A stretch of 64,000 nt of DNA. Source: a virus. Its lineage: Duplodnaviria > Heunggongvirae > Uroviricota > Caudoviricetes. Shown here in pieces: positions 57,823 to 64,000 of the stretch. Each line of letters opens with the position of its first letter. Within the stretch, counting starts at the first letter, position 1. The stretch spans positions 74,223 to 138,222 of the IMG/VR virus record IMGVR_UViG_3300032007_004072; one strand, given 5' to 3'. The translations under genes were made by a program, and so were the position numbers. The notes below the pieces were generated by a model that was not told the DNA's origin, did not search any database, and saw only the letters and a program-made list of their open reading frames with translations.

Positions 57823-58722
57823 TTGAGTAATATTATTTTAGTTGAGATTAATGGTATAATTGATAACTTAAAAAATCAGTGTGAGCGACTAGGATTAAAT
57901 TATAAGCAAGTTTCTGAATATAATAGGTTGCATAAGGAAATAGATACTAAATCTGTAGTAGAGTTTTATCAAATTAAATCTATATTTTCATATAAATCAC
58001 GCCGTAGGCTTTATACTATATGGCATAATATGAAAAATCGGTGTGAAAACCCTAATCATAACGCATATAAAAATTATGGTGATAGAGGAATAAAAATATG
58101 TGATAGGTGGAAATATTTTGAATATTTTTGTATTGATATGATATATAGCTATCAACAACATGTAGAAGAATATGGAGAGAAGAACACAACATTAGATAGG
58201 ATTGATTATAATGGTAATTATGAATTATCTAATTGTAAATGGGCTACTATTATAGAACAAGTTAATAATAGACGAAATACAATTAGATTAGAAAATGGTG
58301 AGTCTTTATCTAACTATTGTCGTAGAAATAATTTAAGGTATAGGACAATAATGAGTAGATTATTAAATGGTTGGGAAATTGATGAAGCAATAAATACACC
58401 AATACAAACAAAGTGTAGACATAATGATAGAGTTTCTCCAACAGGTGAAACAATGTCACAATTAGCCAAAAGATTAGGTATTAGTAAGCGATTATTAGAT
58501 GAAAGATTTAGGGCAGGCTGGGATTGGGATAAAATAATCAATACGAAAGTTAGAGAAGCAATATATTATTTGCCTTGTAATAGAACATTAAGACAACATT
58601 GTATTATAAATAATTATGATTATAATTTAATTGCGTCTTATTACATTAAAAAGTGTAATTTATCCCCACATGAAGCACTTGCAAAATATTTAGAGAACAA
58701 ACAAAAGAAAAATACTCCTTGA
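57823..58722 (+). CDS. HNH-like endonuclease with HTH repeats
   Basis: RLYTIWHNMKNRC..YGDRGI..TLDRIDYNGNYELSNCKWAT..EQ.NN; TTG start. Confidence 0.85.
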   Translation: MSNIILVEINGIIDNLKNQCERLGLNYKQVSEYNRLHKEIDTKSVVEFYQIKSIFSYKSRRRLYTIWHNMKNRCENPNHNAYKNYGDRGIKICDRWKYFEYFCIDMIYSYQQHVEEYGEKNTTLDRIDYNGNYELSNCKWATIIEQVNNRRNTIRLENGESLSNYCRRNNLRYRTIMSRLLNGWEIDEAINTPIQTKCRHNDRVSPTGETMSQLAKRLGISKRLLDERFRAGWDWDKIINTKVREAIYYLPCNRTLRQHCIINNYDYNLIASYYIKKCNLSPHEALAKYLENKQKKNTP

Positions 58723-58766
58723 CATTGTGTTTTAAGTATGATATACTTTAGATACATTAAAGAAAG

Positions 58767-58979
58767 GTGGTTAAAACAATGAGAGTAGAATTAACAGGAC
58801 ACAAAGCCATGTTATACAATGGTATATATTATATGTCAATTTGGCAAGATGGAACAATAAACAAAATAAAAGAAGAAAATGGAAAGTTAAAAGATAGTAG
58901 TTTTAGTGTAAAGGATAATCTTATCTTTGATAAAATGTTTCAGAATTTTGTAAAGCACGATTATCAATTAATTGCATAA
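58767..58979 (+). CDS. hypothetical protein (start about 58779)
   Basis: Cassette promoter 58719; terminator. Confidence 0.62.
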   Translation: MVKTMRVELTGHKAMLYNGIYYMSIWQDGTINKIKEENGKLKDSSFSVKDNLIFDKMFQNFVKHDYQLIA

Positions 58980-59163
58980 AACTAAATGGCAAGGCAGGGA
59001 AGTCTTGCCTTTGTCTTTTTGACTTTTAATTCTCTGTTAATATGAATCTTGTAAATTTTCACGCAATTCTTACTGTCGAACTTCTTTTATTTATCAAAAA
59101 AGTGCTTGCATTATCTTTTAAGCTATGCTATAATATAAATATAGTTAAGAGATAAAGAAAGGG

Positions 59164-59508
59164 TTGGTTAAAATGACTAGGTATTTTCCAAAAGATATAA
59201 TTGAAAGTGCTCATGCTAATATTGAAGATGTACCTATTCGCTTATGTGTTGGTGGAATACAGGTATACAGGAAAAAGATTCCAAACGATAAAATATTAGA
59301 GCATATTCAAAAACTAATGTGGCAAGCATTTTCAGCTTTATATGGTATTAAAGATGAAACGCCAAAAGGAAAAACCATAGATGATTATATGAACTCTATT
59401 TTAGAGTCTCAATCGGGATTTATTGGAAATACTAACCGTGATTTTAGGTCGTATACTGTAAGCAAGTTAAAAGAGGCTATAGCTATAGTAGAATATTGTC
59501 ATAGATAA
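59164..59508 (+). CDS. hypothetical protein
   Basis: Cassette leader and terminator. Confidence 0.62.
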   Translation: MVKMTRYFPKDIIESAHANIEDVPIRLCVGGIQVYRKKIPNDKILEHIQKLMWQAFSALYGIKDETPKGKTIDDYMNSILESQSGFIGNTNRDFRSYTVSKLKEAIAIVEYCHR

Positions 59509-59590
59509 TATAAAGGGGAAAATTCCCCTTATTTTTTTATAAAAAATACTTGACATTATTTATATTATACTGTAGAATATAGTCATAAGG

Positions 59591-59845
59591 TTGATTAAGG
59601 GTTTTAAGAAAGGATTGGTAACTATGAAAAACTATGACGCTATCGTTGGTAACTATGGGATTGTAATGGAATATAATAGTAAAGGAAAGGTATTTACAGG
59701 GCATATAGATTATATAGGCAAGGCAAAAAATAAAAGAAGTGGTAACGGCTTTTTTGTTAGCTATGAATATAATAATATACGCTATGATTACCCTGAATTA
59801 GTCACTAAGCAAGTAAATAATTACTTGTTTAATGTTCTTTTGTAA
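59591..59845 (+). CDS. hypothetical protein (start about 59624)
   Basis: Cassette promoter and conserved leader. Confidence 0.62.
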   Translation: MIKGFKKGLVTMKNYDAIVGNYGIVMEYNSKGKVFTGHIDYIGKAKNKRSGNGFFVSYEYNNIRYDYPELVTKQVNNYLFNVLL

Positions 59846-59859
59846 TGGAGGGCATAAAA

Positions 59860-59982
59860 ATGACTACTACCAATTTTCTGCTTAGTCTTCTTGTTTGTCT
59901 TATACTGCCTATTCCTTTCCTTACACCACTATTTATTATTATTTATTTAGTTAAATACGGGCCATATACTTATGATAAATGA
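59860..59982 (+). CDS. 40-aa single-TM peptide (not in track)
   Basis: GGAGG RBS; MTTTNFLLSLLVCLILPIPFLTPLFIIIYLVKYGPYTYDK. Confidence 0.6.
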   Translation: MTTTNFLLSLLVCLILPIPFLTPLFIIIYLVKYGPYTYDK

Positions 59983-60133
59983 TTATAGGCAGGGAATATT
60001 CCCTGTCTTTTTAATCTTTGAAGAATTCTGAAAATTCTGATTGTGTGACTTTTAGTTTATAGACGTTTGTATTTTTCCTCTTGACTTTTTGCCCTTTATT
60101 TGTTATACTAAAGTAAAGAGGAGGGGTTAATGA

Positions 60134-60757
60134 ATGAGTGACGAAAAATTTCTAATTTCTACACCACTAGAAGATGAATGTGATACTGTAACTTATGCAC
60201 AAGGTAAGCACAAGAAATATTATGACCCAGATAGTAAAAGGTATAGAATTATGGATAATAAAGGTTATGCTAAACTATGGATAGCTAATGATTTATATGA
60301 AATTGCAGAAGGAGATAATAATATTGTCGCTTATATTACTTATTTACTATCAAATATGAATTATGATAGTGCTATCACTAGATATGATAAGCACTTAAAA
60401 GCAAGAATACTTATTAAAAATAGAGAAGAATTAGCAGAAATACTACACTTAAACTATTCTTCAGGGCGTACTAGGGGCAAAATTAAAAAACTCATTGACA
60501 TGGATATAATCTTTGAGGCAAAAGTCAAAATAAATAATTATCCTGTTTATTATACTTATTATCTTAATCCCCTTATTGGTATGAGAAATAAAGGAATTTC
60601 CTTAGATTGCTATATGCACTTTAGACATATTCTTGTTAATAATTTACCAAAAAGAGCTATTAAAAACCTAGATAAACATGTCATAGAAGAATATGGAAAA
60701 GATGCTATAAATATACTACCTAGTGAAGATGTCCCCAAAATGGACAAAATAGAATAA
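60134..60757 (+). CDS. RepL-like winged-helix protein (putative replication initiator)
   Basis: REELAEIL...IKKLIDMDII...YYLNPLI..KG pattern. Confidence 0.5.
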   Translation: MSDEKFLISTPLEDECDTVTYAQGKHKKYYDPDSKRYRIMDNKGYAKLWIANDLYEIAEGDNNIVAYITYLLSNMNYDSAITRYDKHLKARILIKNREELAEILHLNYSSGRTRGKIKKLIDMDIIFEAKVKINNYPVYYTYYLNPLIGMRNKGISLDCYMHFRHILVNNLPKRAIKNLDKHVIEEYGKDAINILPSEDVPKMDKIE

Positions 60758-61400
60758 AATTGTCCCCAATGGGGACAAGCAAAAATAGCCTTCAGTCCAG
60801 TATCTATAAGGGTTGAGGGCTTTTTTCTTGCGAAAACATCATATATAGTATAATATATATACTTTTCGCAATAAACATAAAAATTTTAACCTATTTACCT
60901 TTAATGATCCTAGAAATAGTTTTAGAGAGAAAGGGCGAAGCCCGACTGTAACGATACGAAGTATCGTGGAAGTCGCAATAACAATTCTACTGAATAAAGC
61001 TAATAGCTTTACTAGAATAGCCCAAACAATGCCAAAGGCATTGGACGGCGTTAAACAAGAGAATTGTTTCCCATAGGTCGAAAGAATAATTGTTATCCTT
61101 AATAAAGATAATCTGAATAAACCTTTAAGTTTTAAGAAATAGTTGTAAACAACTAAAATATTTTTAAGTAAGGTTTATATAATATTAACAATAAACAATA
61201 CTACTTCCTTTTAGTCAGTAGCATTGATAAATTGTTAAATAAAATTATCTTTAGTACAATTAACAATACACTAAAGCTATTAACATACCTTTAGTTAAAT
61301 TGTTAAGATAAAATAACAATACTGTATAGATTGCAACTAATAAAGCAATAAAGGCACATATTCTCCCTATGGTCGAATATATGCTAGATTGCTTTAGAAA
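60758..61400. other. gene-free palindrome/hairpin cluster, origin-like
   Basis: TTGTCCCC-AAT-GGGGACAA, GGGC-GAA-GCCC, ACGATAC-GAA-GTATCGT, CAATGCC-AAA-GGCATTG. Confidence 0.5.
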
Positions 61401-61653
61401 TTTTTTAAGATGCTGATTTCGCAAAATATTCAGAAAATAAATAATATTATTATTTACAGAATATTGTTAAGAAATTGTAAAGTATATAGCCAATAGCTAA
61501 GTATATTCCTTTCAGTCATATACTTAGGAAATTGTCTAGTCATAAATGAAATTTATATTTAAAATAAATATTTAGTATTTCACTTCTTTCAATTTTTATG
61601 GTAATATATAACCATAGAGAAAAACACATAAGAGTTTTAGAGGAGGTTTTAAT

Positions 61654-61789
61654 CATGAAAGTTTCAAAAATGACTAGAAAAGAGTTCCATCGTCTTATTG
61701 AAAATCTTAAAATTGTAGCAGACCAATTAAATGAAGCTAAAAAGGAAAATGAAAAGCAGGAAAACACGGAGGATAAAGAAAATGAGTGA
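61654..61789 (+). CDS. small charged protein
   Basis: GGAGG RBS before MKVSKMTRKEF (coordinates approximate). Confidence 0.5.
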
Positions 61790-61991
61790 AAATCTTAAAA
61801 AGACTGTAATGTATTGTGTATTATATGATATAATAGCCGATACACATACCAATAGCGACTCGATACGTTCTATGTATAGTCTATTTGATAGATTAACGGA
61901 CGATAGTATAGATATGGAAAAAGAACGTAATAAAAAAGAATTTGATACAATGTATAATAGCTTATATAAGGAATTAAGCAAATTAGCATAA
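61782..61991 (+). CDS. hypothetical protein
   Basis: MSENLKK start overlapping previous stop; terminator follows. Confidence 0.55.
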   Translation: MSENLKKTVMYCVLYDIIADTHTNSDSIRSMYSLFDRLTDDSIDMEKERNKKEFDTMYNSLYKELSKLA

Positions 61992-62045
61992 AAGCATAAA
62001 AGGGAAGGTGTAAAAAGCCTTCCCTGTATATTGGAGGATATAGCA

Positions 62046-62189
62046 ATGACTAATTATAAATGGAATAGATTTAAGAGTGACCGAGCACAATATAAAATGT
62101 ATTGGAACATGTTAAAAGCAGGAATATCTTTAATTGCATTATTTCTTGCAGGATTGACTATTTTAGGTGCAGGAATAGCTATTTTATAA
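62046..62189 (+). CDS. 47-aa peptide with C-terminal TM helix (not in track)
   Basis: GGAGG RBS; ...KAGISLIALFLAGLTILGAGIAIL. Confidence 0.6.
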   Translation: MTNYKWNRFKSDRAQYKMYWNMLKAGISLIALFLAGLTILGAGIAIL

Positions 62190-62201
62190 GGTGGTGTAAG
62201 T

Positions 62202-62552
62202 ATGGCAAAATTAAAAACCTATCACTTGAATTTAGAGCAGTTTTTTGCTGAATATGGCAACGACATAGATGATAGAATTACACCTGTTTTTAATAACATA
62301 AGAATTTCACGTGATAAACATCTTTATATGGCAGACTGTAAATTTAACTTAAATGATGAAATTCAGTTGGATACAAGAATTATAGCTAACAGATATAAAG
62401 ACACAATTAAATTTGAATTTACTAATTTATCACAACATAATTATTATTTATTGCGTAAAAAATACAGTAATGTAAGACAGGATTTAATGCAAAACTTAAA
62501 AGAGTGGTTTAATTGCATAAAACCTATTTTATTTCAAATTCGAGAAGCATAA
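62202..62552 (+). CDS. hypothetical protein
   Basis: ORF track; terminator follows. Confidence 0.65.
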   Translation: MAKLKTYHLNLEQFFAEYGNDIDDRITPVFNNIRISRDKHLYMADCKFNLNDEIQLDTRIIANRYKDTIKFEFTNLSQHNYYLLRKKYSNVRQDLMQNLKEWFNCIKPILFQIREA

Positions 62553-62792
62553 GAATAATAGCCTACTTTTATTTCGTAGGCTATTTAATTGCATAAAATC
62601 AATTTCTTGTGGGTAGAGTTGTCAAATAATCAGAAAATTTAAAAGATAAATAAAATTATGTTTATCAGAAAATTTAATCAGTGGGCAAGAAAAATAAAAT
62701 AAAAAAATCTAAAAAACCTATTGACATTATTCTGCTATTAGTCTATAATAAAAGCATAAGTTAATCAAGAGTTTTGAAAGGCGGTTTTAATT

Positions 62793-63119
62793 ATGAAAAA
62801 ACACATTACTATTAAGGAAGCTAAAAGAATTGCTAACTATGGCGTAGGGTATTGTAACTTGCAATATTTATTTAATTGCCTTGAACCTTTCGCCTATACA
62901 GCAACTAACACTTATGGGTGGCGGTCAGATTTATATCGTGTGGGCGGTGTAGTAATTAGTACAGGTTATGCACCACAAGGCGAATCAATTCCTTATGAAT
63001 TAACCCAAAAATATGAAAATCTAGCTATGAAGGTTATAAGCAAAAATCCTGACTATCACAATAGAAAAGATAAATTAGACAAGTTAATTGATGAATTTTT
63101 AGCAGAATTGGAGGCATAA
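62793..63119 (+). CDS. conserved hypothetical phage protein
   Basis: GYC.LQYL...YGWR.D.Y...ISTGY.P; promoter 62721/62744. Confidence 0.72.
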   Translation: MKKHITIKEAKRIANYGVGYCNLQYLFNCLEPFAYTATNTYGWRSDLYRVGGVVISTGYAPQGESIPYELTQKYENLAMKVISKNPDYHNRKDKLDKLIDEFLAELEA

Positions 63120-63123
63120 AACA

Positions 63124-63333
63124 ATGTTAATGGAATTAAACAACAATGATTTTAACACTATCTATGGGAACGAAAAATCAAATACTACTTGTCAAAATGT
63201 ATGTAATGGGTGTATCGAATGTATTATAGACGAATATACTACAAGTGAAGTAACGGCAGGTTATGACGATAAAGGTAATAATATTATTGTAGCTTGCAAC
63301 CTAAAAAATTATTGTGGTGCTGTCAACAATTAA
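63124..63333 (+). CDS. Cys-rich hypothetical protein
   Basis: ORF track; GCAGG terminator. Confidence 0.55.
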   Translation: MLMELNNNDFNTIYGNEKSNTTCQNVCNGCIECIIDEYTTSEVTAGYDDKGNNIIVACNLKNYCGAVNN

Positions 63334-63734
63334 AAACAACAATAAGCAGGGAATAAAAACCCTGCTTTTTAATTTATCAATTACAATACAGGGATAAAAA
63401 CAATAAATAAAACCCTGTCAGACTTCCTATTTATGCCCTATCGTGAAGGATAACAACAATTAGGTATAATTATATACCTTGTCTAAAAAATACCCTAAAA
63501 TAGCCTTATTTTTAGTAAATTGTACGACTATCAGAGTTTTCTGTCAATTCCTTGAAATTTTCAGAATATTTAGATTGTGTGAAAATTTATTCTATTGGCA
63601 AAGTTTTCAGAAAATTCAGTGTCTTTTCAGGAAGGACATTCTATGAAAAAGTTTTTTATTGTATACATAAAAAAGTACTTGACTTATTTTATGTATTGGT
63701 GTAATATATAAGCATAGAGTTAATCACGAGTTAA

Positions 63735-63959
63735 TTGAAAGGATTGATTAAAATGGTAAGACTGTGGAGATTTAAAGAATATCAAGTTTGGAAAAATGGA
63801 GAATTTACTGGCGCGGTTAGGTTGTATGACCTTACAAAAGAAGCAATAACTGAGGCATTGGGAATAGAGGTTACTTGCTTAAAGGATGACCACCCACACC
63901 ATGATATCTTACAGGTTAATGACAATATTCGATTAGAGTGGTTTGCAACAGTATATTAA
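63735..63959 (+). CDS. hypothetical protein (start about 63752)
   Basis: Cassette promoter and leader. Confidence 0.6.
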   Translation: MKGLIKMVRLWRFKEYQVWKNGEFTGAVRLYDLTKEAITEALGIEVTCLKDDHPHHDILQVNDNIRLEWFATVY

Positions 63960-64000
63960 AACAATTAGGGGAGTCAAAACAATGGCTTCCCTTTTTATTG

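Larger units (their letters stand above)
23951..63372 (+). terminator. homologous GCAGG(G)-loop-(C)CCTGY-T-run terminator family, 16 copies
   Basis: At about 23951, 26198, 34626, 49022, 50471, 51215, 52946, 53512, 54167, 54972, 55491, 57057, 57665, 58988, 59988, 63346. Confidence 0.85.
39221..63630. repeat. dispersed intergenic TCAGA-N4-TCTG / TCAGACA motif
   Basis: e.g. 39221-39250, 43457, 47752, 50521, 51993, 53549, 54205, 55532, 56477, 57705, 60026, 62630, 63531, 63605. Confidence 0.75.
21745..63710 (+). promoter_or_regulatory. dispersed array of about 60 sigmaA-type promoters
   Basis: TTGACA/TTGACT-17-(TG)TATAAT/TATACT with A-tract upstream, e.g. 52065/52088, 53045/53068, 62721/62744; hand count. 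Confidence 0.85.

Noticed and set aside
631-61981. Minus-strand ORFs in the track other than 40724..41839, and alternative-frame + strand ORFs inside longer genes (e.g. 26335, 27171, 35820, 44159, 47870, 54337)
   Set aside because: Shadows of real genes: no RBS or promoter, F/I/L-rich low-complexity translation.
23951-63372. Integron attC sites at cassette boundaries
   Set aside because: No RYYYAAC...GTTRRRY cores and no integrase seen; the hairpins have T-runs and behave as terminators.
1-64000. TAG-to-Gln recoding (genetic code 15)
   Set aside because: Long genes are intact in code 11 and TAG appears to serve as a normal stop (6562, 21701, 45817); only one internal amber was seen.
1-64000. 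tRNA, rRNA, reverse transcriptase (DGR/retron) or structural genes
   Set aside because: No T-loop GTTCRA within a cloverleaf, no YxDD-type RT and no capsid/tail-like ORFs were recognised by eye; a tRNAscan/HMM run would be needed to exclude degenerate cases.

Overview
AT-rich 64-kb segment of a large dsDNA phage (or phage-like element) of a low-GC Bacillota host. Almost every real gene is on the + strand. Bases 1-21,700 are operon-like replication and nucleotide-metabolism genes: recA 3' end, radical SAM, thyX, resolvase, NYN nuclease, deaminase, DHH phosphoesterase, three DNA methyltransferases, nucleotidyltransferase and a DnaX-type clamp loader. A tnpB-only IS200/IS605 element splits a small gene in this part. 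Bases 21,700-64,000 look like an early/host-takeover region built from about 60 (hand count) sigmaA-type promoter units with a shared terminator family and a shared TCAGA-N4-TCTG intergenic motif. Embedded in it are four modular HNH-like endonuclease genes and three origin-like loci (DnaA boxes plus iterons, a helicase-like gene, a RepL-like gene). The most striking observation is nine promoter-to-terminator units (45.8-56.7 kb) that contain no gene and fold as small RNAs. Several have an unpaired CU-rich segment complementary to the conserved leader/Shine-Dalgarno of the phage's own early cassettes. No tRNA, rRNA or CRISPR array was seen. All protein calls come from motif recognition by eye, not database searches.
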